From Cyanophora paradoxa CCMP329 (Eukaryota; Plantae; Glaucophyta), in NCBI GenBank assembly GCA_004431415.1, contig QPMI01000237.1:1-64000 (forward strand): a DNA stretch of 64,000 bases, given 5' to 3'. Positions 35,683 to 48,365 of this stretch are shown piece after piece. Made by a program: the position numbers and the translations under genes. The notes under the pieces were generated by a model. It saw only the letters and a program-made list of their open reading frames with translations. It was not told the origin of the DNA and did not search any database. Numbering within the stretch: the first letter of the stretch is position 1; each line of letters opens with the position of its first letter.

Positions 35683-37920
35683 ATGGAAGCGCAGGTTGTA
35701 GAGCAGCACTACCAGCCCCAGGTGATGGACCAGGGCGGGCAGCTCGTCGTCGCGGCGGGCGCCCTGGATCCGCAGGCGCAGCCCGCGCATCTTCCGGACA
35801 TCGTGGGCGCCGAGATAGTGCACGTTCCGGCGCCGGAATCCGCATACCAGCAGCAAGCCTATCACGAAAATTGCGATGTTACTGGCGAAATCACCTGCTA
35901 GTGCGTCTTTCCGCCTTCTCCGCGCCGCCTCGTGGTTCCGAAATCCGACCGCGCCGCAGCTGCCCATTCCGCCCCGTTTTCTCGGAGGAGGAGCGTTCGA
36001 GCATCTATGCTGCTGCTGCTCATCTCTGGGAGAAGAACAAGGACTCGGCTCGCCGGCAGCTTGAGATCCAGAAGGCGGGCGAGGGCGAGCCGGTGGATTC
36101 AAAAAGGTGAGGAGCATCGGGTCTTTCTGGCTTTTCCTCATATCTAACGAAGTTTATCCGCACGTTTAAACTCTCAGGAACAAGAAGAGGTGCGCGCCCA
36201 CCGCGTTTGATTTTGAAAAGTCTCGCTGAGGCCGTTCGCGCGTCAGGATCAAGCGCGAGGCGTATGCCCTCGCAGATGCCGCCAGAAAGGAGAGTGGTCA
36301 GCCCGGAGACGCAGCCGAAGCGGGCACTGTTCTGCCCGAGAACACTGAGCCGCTCTGCCCTGGCCGGGTCTGGCACATGCAGAGCTCGGACAGCCCGCCG
36401 TGGCCCGCGGTCACCCTCAACGTTCGGTTCGTGCGAGTACTTGCATTGTCTGCTGCACGATGTGAGCTAGCTAACGGCGCTCGACCTGCGTCGCGCAGCA
36501 TGCCGGCGGTGCCCGTCATGGACCCAACGACGACGCCGGAGGCCCCAGCCGACGGCTGGTACCAGGAGCACCAGGTCGGGCTGATCGTGAACCAGACGCC
36601 GCTCGCCACGGCGCACAAGGTCGGGCTCACCATTATCCTGGAGGCCGTCGGCGAGCTCATGCACGTGGACGCGTCGGAGTACATGCGCCGCGTGGGCATC
36701 ATCCTGCAGTCGCTTCCGCCGTCCGTTCGCTCGCTGGCGTTCGATCTGCGCTGGGGCCCGAACATGCCGGCGCTGGGCCTGTCGGACGCGCGGGGCCCGC
36801 TGGCGACGCGCCTCGGCCTGCCGAAGCAGATGCCGCAGCTGCAGGAGCTCGAGATCGTGACGGCCAGCGAGATGAACCCGATCGAGCTCGCGAACGTGCT
36901 CAAGGAGTTCGGGGGGCAGGACAGCAAGCTCGAGCGCATCGGCCTCGCCCAGCGCATGCCCCCCTGCGTCGACGCCGACTTCTTCAAGAAGCTCCGCATC
37001 TCTTTCCCCAACCTCCGGTGCCGGCCGCGCCCCCTGCCCCCCCGCGCGGCGCGCTCACGCGCGGCAGCTTCGCGAACGTGGAGGCGTTCGCGTCGGGCCC
37101 CGGCGGGATCGTCGACCTGGCGCGCCCCTGCATCGGCTTCCTCGCTGCCGAGGTCACCGGCCTCCAGATCGCCTTCGGTGCCGCCCCGCGCCGCCCCGCG
37201 CCGCCGCCGTGGGGCCGACGGGGCGGCGGCGGGGCGCAGGCGACGGTGGCGCCGGCCTCGCGCTCAAGTCGCTCGTGGCGCGCGGGTGCCGCGCGCTGGC
37301 CTTCTCGGACTGCAGCGGCCTCAAGTCGCTCAAGGACAACCTGCGCGGCGTGCGCGCCCTCGACCTCTCCTGCTGCGGCGACTCCTGGAGCCCCGACTTC
37401 TGGGAGTGGATCACCAGTGCGCGCCCCCGGCGCCGCCGGGCGGGCGGGCGGGGGTGAGCGGGCGGGGCGCGGCAGTGCACGCGGAGACGCTGGAGTCGCT
37501 GGCGATGCCGCACGGGGCGCACGGGACGATGGACGGGAAGCTGGCGCTGGAGTGCCTGGCGCGGATCGGGAACCTGACGGCGCTGGACGTCTCCTCGATG
37601 GACGCCGGCCCCGCCGCCCTCGACTTCCTCAACGGCCTCGCCTACACCTGCCCCAACCTCCAGTACGCCGAGCTCCCCGGCGGCACCACCGCCCCGTCCG
37701 CCCCGCCCCGCCCCGCCCCGCCCCGGCCCCCGCCGCGCTTGACGTCCCCCGCAGGGCCTCGATGCAGCAGGTGCTGGCGGCGGGGCGGCACCGGCGCCGG
37801 GCGCGGCCGCGGCCGTCGCAGGACCCGCACGGGGACAACCAGCTGCGCGAGACGGCCGCCCGGGTCGCCGCCCAGCTCGAGGACCCGAGCCGCACCCGCC
37901 AGCACGCCACCCTCTACTGA
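35683..37920 (+). CDS. Hypothetical protein with C-terminal RNI-like leucine-rich repeats
   Basis: ATG at 35683 (MEAQVVEQHYQPQ), spliced through MPQLQELEI...LERIGL...FPNLR...VRALDLSCC...LESLAM...NLTALDVS...CPNLQYAEL. TGA at 37918-37920. Confidence 0.65.
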
Positions 37921-38112
37921 TCCCGCCCCCCGCCCCGCCCCGGCTCGCCTGTGCACCCCGCCGCCCCCGTTGTTTGCCTCCGCGCGCCCACGTCGTAGAA
38001 TGCAGCAGAGATTACTCCTTGCGAGGCGCGCCGCTTGCGGGCCGTGGGCGACTCGGGGCGCGTGTTCAGGCTGCACGCGTCTGAGTTCCGCGACACGCGC
38101 GCGCCGCGCGGC

Positions 38113-41100
38113 CTACTCGATGACGGCGTCCGCGATCGGGGCCGAGGGGCGGAACGGCCCGTCGGGGAGGGGCGAGAGGGGCCGCCCCAGGCCTGGGCCG
38201 GCCGGCGGGCGGGGCGGCCTGGCGGCGAGGGATGCGGGCCGGGGGCCGGGCCGGGAGCTCGGGGCGGGGGCGGGGCGGGCGTGGGGGCCCGAGGCGCGCT
38301 GGAGGGCGGCGAGCTGCCCCTCGAGGGAGGAGATGCGCAGGTTCTTGACGGCCGCGTTGGCCTCCAGGAAGGCGTGGTAGGTGCGGAAGGCCTGCGCGGG
38401 CCTCAGCGGGGCGCGGGGCCGGCGGGGGGGCGCGGGGCGGGGGGACCTCCTGGAGGCGGGCGACGGCGCCGGCGGCGTCGAAGGCCGGGGCGCGCTCCTC
38501 GAGGCGCGTCTCGAGGTCGAGGTAGAGGGCGCGCAGCTGCGCGTACGACTCCTCCTGCCGCACGATCGCCTCCTCCACGCCCCGCCCCGCCTCCCGCTCC
38601 GCCTGCAGCGCCCCCTCGGCCTCCACGAGCGCGCCCCGCAGCCGCTCGATCTTCTGGTGGAGCGCCTCCCGCTCGTCCCCTCCTGCCGCCCCCGCAGCGC
38701 CGCGAGGCGCGCCGAGAGGAGCGCCCGCTGCGGGCTCCCGAGGCCGGCCTCGCGGGGCGAGGCCGCCTCCTCGCCGCCGCGGGCGGCCGCGCGGGCGGCG
38801 AGCTCCTCGAGGGCCTCGGCAGGGGCGCGAAGAGCGGCAGCGCCTGCGGGGCCGCCTCGCGCTCCCGCCCGGCCACCCCGAGCCGCGCGTTGAGGTACTC
38901 CAGCTCCATCGTCTGCGCACCCGTCGCGGGGCGCGTCGGGGCGCGTCGGGGCGGGGCGGGGCGGGGCGGGCGGGGCGGGGCGGGCCTGGCGGGCGATGGT
39001 CTCCTCGAGTGCGAGCTTCTGGCGGGCGAGGAGGTCGGCCTTGGCGCCCAGCGCCGCCGCCTCCCGCTGCGCCGCCGCCAGCTGCTCCGCCAGCGCCTCC
39101 GCCTCGTGCCGCTGCCTGCCGCCGCCTCAGCGCCGGGCGGCGGCGGGCGGGCGGGCGCGCTTGAGGAGGTCGCTCTCGGCGGCGGCGAGGAGGGCGACGT
39201 GCGACGGGTGCAGCGGGGAGCCGTCGGGGCCCCGCACCTCCCGCCCTCGCCCCCGGAGATCATCCGCCGCAGCAGCGGCACCGGCGCCTGCGCGCGCGTG
39301 AGGCGCCCCGGCGGGCGGCGGGGCGCGGGCCGCACCCGGGAGGAGGCGGCGCCCTCGCCCCCGACCAGCGTCCGCCGCGAGCTCTGCCGCCCCGCCGTCG
39401 GCCCCGGCGGGGCGGGCGGGCGGGGCGGGGCGGACGGAGGGGGCGTGCGGGGTGCCGGCTGGGGAGGGCGCGGCGGCGAGGGCGGGCGCTCGGAGTGGCC
39501 GTCCCCGAGCTCCGCCTCCGCCGCCCGCCGCCGCCGCCGCTCCGACGCGAGCCGCCCCCGCATCCGGTCGCACTCCACCTCCGCCTCGAGCTTCGCCAGC
39601 GTCGCCTGCCGCCCGTCGCGCCCCGGGGCCCGGCGGGGGCGGGGCGGGCGGCGCGCCGTCTGGAGCTCGGCCTCGAGGGTGGCGACCTGCGCGGCGAGCC
39701 GCTTCCGCTCCGCCGACTCCGCCCGGAAGCGGCCCGCCCAGTACGCCTCCACCGCCTCCAGGCCCTGCGCGCCGCCTCGCCCGGGCGCGGGCAGAGGTGG
39801 GGCGGGCGGGCGGGGCGGGCCTTGGCGGCCTCGACGGCGGAGGCGCAGAGGGCGTCGAGGGAGCGCTCGAGGCCGCCGTTCTCGCCCTCGAGGAGGGCGA
39901 CGACGCGCGCCAGGCCCTCCCCCGCTCCCGCGCCAGGCGCCCCTCCGCCCGCGCCGCCTCCAGCTCCCTGCGCCCCGTCGGCCCGGGGGCGCCACGGGGC
40001 CGGCCAGGCGCACTCGCGGAGCTTGGCGAAGCTGCCGGCGGCCTGCGGCGCGGGGTGAGCGCGGGCGTGGCGGCGGGGGCCGGCGCGGGGGCACCCGTTC
40101 GCGGAGCCTGGTGAGCTCGGCCTGGAGCGCCTCGCAGCGCTCCGTGAGGGCGGCGCGCTCGCCCTGCAGCGCCCCCTCCCGCTCCCCAGCAGCTGCGCGT
40201 GCGCCTCCAGCTCCGCCTCCAGCGCCGCCCGCTCGCCGCTCGCCCGCTCCAGCCGCCGCCGCAGCTCCCGCGCCTCCGCCCGCTCCCGCTCCGCCTCCTC
40301 CCACGCCGCCTTCCGCTCCGACGCCCGCGCCTCCCGCCGCGCCCGCGCCTCCTCCCCGGCCGCCGCCGCGGCCGCCTCCTGCGCCCCGCTCGAGCGCGCG
40401 GCGCGGGCGGGCGGGGCGGGCGGGGCGGACGGCGGCGTCGGCGCGGCGCTCGGCGGCGGCGAGGGCGGAGGAGAGGCGCTCGCAGTCGGCGCGGGCGCGG
40501 CGGAGGTCGGCCTCGAGGCCCTCCGCCTGCGCCCGCGCCGCCTCCGCCGCCGCCCGCGCCGCCTCGCCCCGCCGCGACTCCTCCCCTGCGTCTGCACGAT
40601 CGACGCCAGCTCCGCCTGCAGCCGCTTCGCCTCCGCCGCCGCCTCCCCGCGCGACCGCTCCGCCGCCTCCGCCCGCTCCTTCGCGCTGCGCGCCCTCGCG
40701 CCGGGGCCCGGCCGGGGCGCGGGGCGGGCGGACCGGGCGCGCTCGGCGTCGGCCTCGCGGCGGCGGCGGCGCTCGCGGGCGCCCTCCGCCTCGGCCTCCT
40801 CGGCGCGCCGCTCGGCCTCCTGCAGCGCGGCGCGCGCCGCCGAGAGCTCCTCCGCCACCCGCTCCACCTCGCGCCGCAGCGCCGCCGCCTCCGCCCGTTC
40901 CTGCGTTCCGTGAGGCGCGCGCGGGCCGGGGCGGGGCGCGCACGGCGGGGAGGGGGCGGGCTTGGCGGGGAGAGCGGGGCGCGCGGGCGGCGGGGAGGGA
41001 GGGCGGTGGAGAGCTCGTGGAGGCGGCGCAGGTCGAGCAGCTCCCGCTCGAAGTCGTCGCACAGCCTGCCGCCCGTCGCCCGCGGCCGGCGCGGCGCGGG

Positions 41101-43058
41101 GCGGGGCGGGGCGGGGCGGCCGGCACCGCTGCTCGGCGGCGAGCTGGGCGTTGAGGGCGCGGGCGAGGCTGCGGGGGCGTGAGGGGCTGCGCGGGGACGG
41201 GCGGGGCGGGCGGCCGCTCGAGCTCGTCGACGCGGTGGGAGGCGATGGCGAGGTCGTCCTCGAGCTCCGCGCGCGCGTCCGCAGCCGCTCGTTCTCGCCC
41301 GCCACCTCGGCCACCTCGGCCCGCCACTTCCCGTCCAGCTCCCGCACCGCCTCCGAGAGCAGCGGCTCCCGCGCCGCCTCCGCCCGCCGCACCGCCTCCG
41401 CCCGCCCCCGCGCCGCCTCGTCCGCCTCCCGCGCCGCCCGCTCCCCGCCCGCTCCGCCTGCCCGCCCGGCGCTGAGCCGCGGGCGAGGCGGGCGGGCCGG
41501 GGCGGGGCGGGCCTCCTCCGCGCGGCGGAGGGCGGCGGCGGCGTCGGCGCGGGCGACCGCGAGGGCCTCCCGCAGGCCCGCGCACTCCGCCTCCGCCGCC
41601 CGCAGCCGCTCCCCAGCGCCCCGCGCCGCCTCCTCCGCCGCCGCCGCCGCGCTCGCCGCCGCCGCGCGGGCCTCCTCGGCGTGGCCCTCGGCCCGCGCGC
41701 GCTGCCGCGCCGCCTCCGCCTCCGCCTCCGCGCGCGCCGCGCGCTCCTCCTCGAGGGCGCCTGCGCGGCCGTCGGCGGAGCGGGGCGGGGCGGGCGGGGC
41801 GGGGCGCGGACGGGCGAGGCGGCGGCGCTCCTCGTCGGCGACGGCCTCGACGGAGCGCTCGAGGGCGAGCTGCTCCTGCACCGCCCGCACCTCCCGCTCC
41901 AGCCTCGCCGCCCGCTCCTCCGCCGCCTCCCGCTCCCGCGCCACCGCCGCCACCTGCCCCGCCCCGCCCCAGCTCAGCCGCCGGCCCCGCCCCGAGAGGC
42001 GGCGGGGGCGACCTGGGCGAGCTGCTCCTGCGGCCCGGCGCGCTCCAGCTCCGTCAGCACGGCCATCACCTCTGCGCCGGCGTCGGGCCCCGCGGCGGCG
42101 GCGGGGCGGGGCGCGGGGCGGGCCAGCAAGGCGCTCGTTCAGGCGGCGGTTCTCCTCGTCGACGGCGGCGCGCTCGGCCTCCTTGCGGGCGAGGCCCTCG
42201 CGGGCGCCCTTGACCTCGAGCTCGAGGCGGCGGCGGTGCCGCTCGGCGATCTGCCGCCCGCTCTCGAGCGAGCTCAGCGCCGTCTCCAGCTCGATGCGCT
42301 CCGCGTCCATCGCCCCCACCCGCGACCGCTCCCGCCGCAGGTCACCCTCCAGCTCCCGCACCCTGCCCCCGCGCTCACACCCGCGCCCCGCGCCCCGCCC
42401 CGGGGCCCCCCCCGCACCGCATCTCGAGGCGGGCGGTGCCGGCGTTGGCGGGGAAGGGCGTGCTGGGCGGCGCGCTGGGGAGGGCGGCGGGGGAGTAGCC
42501 GGAGACGGAGAGCTTGGCCGTGGCGAGCGCCGTCGCAGGCGACGTGGCGGGCGACCCGGCGAGCGGCGTCGCCGCGAGCGTCGACGCGCTCGACTCCCGC
42601 GTCCCCGCCGGTGACGACATGCCTCCCACGGCCGCCCCGCCGGCCCCCGTCTCGCTGAACCTGGCATCGCGCCGCTCAGGGCAGCTCCGCCCGCCCCCGC
42701 CGGGCCCGCGGCGCACCGAACGGACTTGGCCGACGCCGAGGAGGAGCGCGGGTCCAGGTTCGACCTGATATTCTCCCTGTCACGAGTGAGCTCCTCGCGC
42801 CACTCGGCTTTCTGCCGCAGGAGCGTATCGAGCCTCGCCCGCGCGTCTCCGAGCTCGGCGTCGACAGCCCGCCCTTCCTGGAGCTTTCAACGCGGCCGGT
42901 CAACTCAGAGCCGCTGACCTTCGCCCTGGAGATGGACCTACCTTGGCGAGGTTCTCTCCAAGGCTGGTTATGCGTGCTTTCAGATCTGCAGCCGACGGCA
43001 GTGTCCCGCTTGAAACGCGCTCCCGCGCTCCGCTTGCCCGAGCAGCGCGGCCGCTCAT
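38113..43058 (-). CDS. Large Ala/Glu/Arg-rich coiled-coil protein, many exons
   Basis: MSGRAARASG...ADLKARITSLGENLAK, followed by long heptad-like exons (ELETALSSLESGRQIAE, LHQKIERLRGALVEAE) separated by host-type introns. Confidence 0.7.
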
Positions 43059-43299
43059 CGCTGCGGCGCCCGGCGCGCGGCGACCTGCGGTTCAGTGCGA
43101 TGATCAGGCTCGGCTGTGCCGGTCGATCGCTCCGCTGCAGTGGGCGCTCCCACCGCCCGCGAGCCGAGGAAGCCCACCTGCGTTTGAAAAACGTGCACGA
43201 GGGAGTGGCCGAACCGCTTTAGAGAATCCTCTCGAAATGAAGCGGACCAAGTCGCTGCGAAAGCTAGGCCGCAGAGCGAAGTAACCGGCAAGTCGAAGG

Positions 43300-45370
43300 G
43301 CGAACGAAGTTCATCTACCCGGACTCGAGCTACGTGTGCTTCCAGGAGCTGGCCCCACGGACCAAACTGAACTCAGTTTGCTTATATCGACATCAAGAGG
43401 CTTAAAGTCGATCAGCGCCAGCATCCGCCGCACCCTCCATCCGCCTCGGCGGTTAAAAGGCGCCGCAGCGGCCGGCTTGTGGTCTTGTTATATCTGCCTG
43501 CCATCTGTGTCATTCTGTGAGCAAGGCGTTATTTCACAGCAGAACCAGCGCCAAGCCGCGTGTCGTGCTGCAGCTGTGGAGGTTGTCATGCCCAGACCCA
43601 TGCGCGCGTATGTGACACCCTCTGGATGTTCATTCCTGTGTTTGCCAGTCCCAGCAAGTGCAAGTGCTGGTGCGTTCGCGTGTGAGCGCTCTTTTTGCAA
43701 GCTCACGTCCGACCGGGCGTGCAGCCGGTGCTCCAGCCGACGGCGTAATGGCGCCCGATCTTCTCGAGGAAAGAGCGGCTGTTCTTTTCGCAAGCGGATC
43801 CTGCCCAGGCACGCACCTGCCGTTAGCGTGGCGTTTCATGCAATTGACATGACCGACAGGACGCACTGCACAGGGGCCGGATTGGACTTCCCATGGCCCC
43901 GAGACGGAGAGGCCGTCCGCACAGGATCCGCAGCGCCCCGGATCGATGCCAGCGGGCAGCCAGGGCTGTGAACGGTCGCCGCGGACCCGGTCGACGGGAT
44001 CTGGGCCAGCGTCCCGGAGCACTATTGTCATCGAGGTGCGATTCTTTGTCTTACACGTTCCGAGTAACTAACCGTTTCGCCTCAGGTCACGCCTCCTCCA
44101 AGTTGCAATCCCAGCGTCCGACAGTTGAGCGGAGCCATCGCGAAGGGGCGGCTTCTTCCGCGCTGTCATGCGTTAAAGGGACGAGACAAGGCCGATCTCC
44201 AAGCATCCCTAGCGGCCGCAGCCGCCCTCGCAGCAAGCGACAAGATGAAGCCTCATCACCTATCGATACCTCTGCACCCTGGCCGAAGCCCGGTCGTGGC
44301 ATGACGCTTCCGTAATTGCATATTCTCGCTTTGCAAGTCACATCTTTGTAATTGCATATTAATACACACTGAGCTAAGATTGAGATGATGTTGACCCAGC
44401 CCTGCCAATGAGGGAGTGGAGGGAGTACAGAGCTGCAAGCTCGACCGAGAGAATAGCACCAAGTGCAAGTTGCTTTCTAAGACTGGCGGAAACAGTTAAT
44501 GTTGTTGGACAGTGAAAAATGCAAACTGCGGACCGGTCTCTGTTGGGCCTGCTGTGACCTTCCTTGCTGTTTTGCGAAATTTCTCCGCATTCTTTCATTC
44601 CCTCGCAGCTCATGGCATCTGTTGGATTTTTGTTGAGTTTCACCGTCAAAACATGGCACCTGCAGCACCTGCACCTGCAGCTGTCGATTCAGACTCGGCG
44701 CCCGCAGCTATCGATGCGTGAAGGACGTCAGCATGCTCAGCTTCAGTGCTAACGTAAACAGCTGGCTTCGCAGCAGCAGGTTCCTCCGAACTTGAGCACT
44801 CGGGACTGTGAACAGGTTTCTGCTCCTTCGCCACAACTCGCTCCTGCGCTGATGATGCCGTGACGGGACGCCCGACCTCAAGCGCGACCTCGCCAAGCTC
44901 GAATTCGCCCGCGCCGGCGTCGTCCAAATCCCACACAACTCCGGAGCTTGCGCGCACTCTGCTTCATTGTATTAGAAAACGAGCAGCGAGATGAGGCACA
45001 GAGATGACCCGGGACAATCGAGCGTCACAAGCGCCGTGCGCGTCTGAAGCTCCCGCGGCACCACAACGAAGAAACTGCCAAGCTGCAGCTGCGGCCGGAT
45101 GCCGTCAGCGGAACCAAGAGTCTCTTGAGCAATGGATGATGATGGAATCACCTCCCGGTCGGTTAGGCGTGCTGAGGACAGGAGCGCGCCCGCCGCATCG
45201 CCCTGAAAGGCGTAGACGAGTTTTTTGCAGCGCGGTAGCGAGCCCAGCGCATCTGCAATGCGCAGACGGACAGCGGCGACGCGAGCGCTGGCCCGGCCTT
45301 CTGGGCCGCTGAAAGACTGCACCGCCGCGAGAAGCGCCAGGAAGGCACACGCGTGCAAGACGGCTCGCAT
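43300..45370 (-). other. Possible spliced gene for a secreted protein in a lower-GC block; structure unresolved
   Basis: Signal-peptide-like MRAVLHACAFLALLAAVQSFSG at 45370 and several plausible splice sites. No recognisable domain. Confidence 0.3.
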
Positions 45371-45543
45371 GACGATCTTCGGTTCCTCGCTTTTCCGCGG
45401 CTTCAGAGCGGGAGTCGGCCAGGTTGGCGGGTCGACGTTTGGCGTACCCCATTGATGCAGTTGAACCTGAGTTGATCCAGCAGGCGATAAGTCGCTTGGA
45501 GCTTCGAGTTGCGCGGAGATGCCGGTGAACCAAGACGACATCG

Positions 45544-47505
45544 ATGGGCGCTAGGGCCGGCGCGCTCCGCCGGCGCTCGTCGGAGCTGCCGAGCACGGTA
45601 GCGCTGCCCGCAGTACAAGCATCCGGCGCTTCTGCGCAGCCGGGCGTAGCGGCCCCTGCCCCGCCCGCGCCGCTCTCGCCGCCGGAGCTGCTGCAGCGGA
45701 CGATTAAACGGCAGCTGGACGCGGCGGAGGCCAAAGAGCGGTCAGCTCAGATCGTGAGGCTAGTGCGGGTGAGTAGCTCGCATGCTGCTTGTGCGTGAAC
45801 AGTCTATGGGAGCTGATCCGCGTCTAGATCTATGTCTCTCTCCCTTCCGCTGGCTTCGACGACGAGCGGTGAGTAAGCTTCAGTACCATTTGGGCACTGG
45901 TTCATTTGCATCAGCGCCGAGCTGGAGGGGATCGTGCACAAGCTAGACGAGTCTGGCCGCGCCCTTCGCCTCCGTTTCTTGTTCATGTGAGTCGCAGCCC
46001 AGGCGCCCGCATGCGCATCGAGCTCGCAACGGTACCACAACAGCTCTCACGCGTGGGTGGCAGGGACGTGCGGTGGGCGGGGGAGGGGCCTGGGGGCCTC
46101 ACGTTCCGCCTCGAGAGGATTGCGGCGTGCAGACCCTGGTGCGCGGCGCTCCTCCCAGCGGCGCGGCCCTCTCGAAGGGGTGCCGTCGGCAGGTTCGTGA
46201 CGATGCTAGGGGGCATGGAGTGGGACGCGGCTCCGGAGCGGCGGCGCCACGAGGTGCGCGGCGCGGGGCGGCGGGGACGCGGGGGCGGGCGGCGAGGGGG
46301 GGGGCGACAGGCGTGGGAGGACGGGGCGTGGCTGGACGGGTGGCCCGAGGCGGGCGCGCAGGAGCTGGAGGCGTGGTACGGGGTGCTGGGGGCGGGCGGG
46401 GAGGACGTCGCGAGGATCAGGGCCTTCGCCTTCCTGCGGGCGGGGCCGTGCGCGCCGGCCTGCGCCGCCCTCCGCCAGCGCCTCGCCGCCTGCCCCGCCG
46501 TGCGCCCGGCGCTCTACGAGGGGCCCCGCCAGCTGCGCGAGCCGCAATGCGCGCCTTCCGCGAGGCCGCCGCCGCCCTCGCCCCGCAGCTGCGGCCGCGG
46601 CGCCGGCCCCGGCCCCGGCCCCCCGGCGAGGAGGGGGACCAAGGCGCGCTGGCGGCCGACTTCGAGTGCGCGGCCTTCGTCGGGCGGCACGCCCTCCGCG
46701 AGCGCCTCGCTGCCTTCGCAGCCGGCCGACCCGCCGCCGCCCGGCGGGCCCGCGCCGGAGGCCCCGGCCCCGAGGGGCCGCGCGCGCTGGTGCTCGTCGG
46801 GCCGCGCGGCGCGGGAAGAGCGCACTGCTGTGCCGCGCCGCCCGCGACGCCGCCTCCGCCGGCTGCCCCGTCGCCCTCGTCCTCGCCGGCGGGGCCGCGT
46901 GGGGCGGTGCCCCCGCGCCGCTCCTGCGGCGGGCGCTGGAGGCGGCGCGGGAGGCGCTGGAGGGCGCGGCGCCGCCGCCGCCGCTGCTGCTCGCGCTGGA
47001 CGGCCTCGACGAGGCGCTGCGGGGCGGCCCGCCGGCGGCCGAGGAGCTCGCCGCCGGCCTCCTCCAGCTCGCCGCCGCCGTCTCGCCGCCCCGCCCCGCC
47101 TGCTGCTCGCCTGCCGGGCCGAGTGCGCTGGCCTGCCCGCCCTCGCGGCGGCGCTCGGGGCGGGGCGGGTGGAGGTGGGGCCCTGAGCGCGCTGGAGGCC
47201 GAGCAGCTCCTCGAGGGGCTCCTCCTCGACCGCGGCCGCCGCCTCGCCCCTCCGAGGCCGCCGCCCTTCTCTCCGCCGGCCCCGCCGCCGCCCGCCCGCC
47301 TTCCTCCGCGCCGCCGCCGCCCGCCTCGCGGCCTGCCCCACGCGCGAGGCCGCCCGCGGCGAGCTCGCCCGCCTCCGCCGCCTCGCCGCCCTCGGCTCCG
47401 AGGCGGCGCCCGCCCCCAGCCCCGCCCCCGCGGCGCCCCCAGGCCCCTCCGGGCCCGGGAGGCCGCCGTAGGCCCGGGCTACATCAGCGGCGAGGTGTCG
47501 AGTAG
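45544..47505 (+). CDS. NACHT-like P-loop NTPase domain protein, apparently frameshifted; ends approximate
   Basis: FVGRHALRERL, Walker A ALVLVGPRGAG(K)SALL needing one extra G near 46815, Walker B PLLLALDGLDEA, then RLLLAC...VEVG.LSALEAEQLL. Confidence 0.55.
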
Positions 47506-48365
47506 ACCGTGAGTCAGATCGAGCGTCCATCGAGTTTCGGAGGGCCGGGGTTGGGATGGACGGGCGAGGTGGGGCGGGAAGCCTAAGGGCCCGGGGGCGG
47601 GCTAGCTGGGCCGCACGGGGAGGGCCGGCGAGGAGCGGATCCAGGCGAAGAGGCAGGTCCACGGGGAGAAGAGGACCTCGGGGACGACCGCCAGGCTCCC
47701 CCGCCGCCCGATCGCGCACGGCGCCCAGAAGGGCGTGGCCGCGAGAAGGAGTGTGGCGCCCACGAGCCCCGCCAGTACCGCCGCCGGCCACACGGTGATC
47801 TGCGTGCGCTCAGCGGCTCGCCGGACTGCCCGGGCTGGCCAGTGGCAGCGGAGCCGGACTGACCAGAATGAGAACATTGACGAGGGCCCGGAGACAGTGC
47901 GAAGCGCCGCCCTCGCCCGGCCTTCGCTCGAATCTGCGCGGCGGATCGTAAGGCGTCGAAGAGGGTGGGCGGTGCCAGTCCCCGGGCGGCGTACAGGGCG
48001 TCGGAGTCCTCCCAGCTCCAGACTAAGTGATCTCGCGCGGAGCCGGCGTCCCGCGAGCCCGGCGGGGGCGCGATGCCGGACCCGAGCCAGAACGATGCAC
48101 GGGCATCCGCCGCGTCCGGCACGGGCGGCCTCGCGGCCGGCCTCATCCGCATCGGCCGGAACGCGCGCAGCGGCTCGCACGGCCGCGGCCGCTCTGAATG
48201 CCACGAGCGGCGCAGGAAAGCGGTTCAAGCTGGCAGAAGGCTTGCAGAAGGCTAGAAGGCCAGTAGAAGCGGCTAAGAATTTTAACGAAGCCGCGGTTGG
48301 GGGTAGCGCATTCCCGACGTCGACACGTGCCTAGCCGGCCTGTTAACAGGATAGCTGAGGATACA

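Noticed and set aside
38035-42667. ORFs over 1000 aa on both strands, and similar long Arg/Pro/Gly-rich ORFs throughout the track
   Set aside because: Stop codons are scarce at this GC content. These ORFs read through introns or are antisense shadows, and the real proteins appear only after splicing.
46500-47300. Programmed frameshifting or true pseudogenisation inferred from frame breaks in the most GC-rich genes
   Set aside because: The breaks are single-base losses in G/C homopolymers, typical of long-read assembly error. They cannot be interpreted without reads.
47583-48228. Small minus-strand membrane-protein gene
   Set aside because: A hydrophobic exon-like segment exists, but I found no convincing ATG, splice path or homology.
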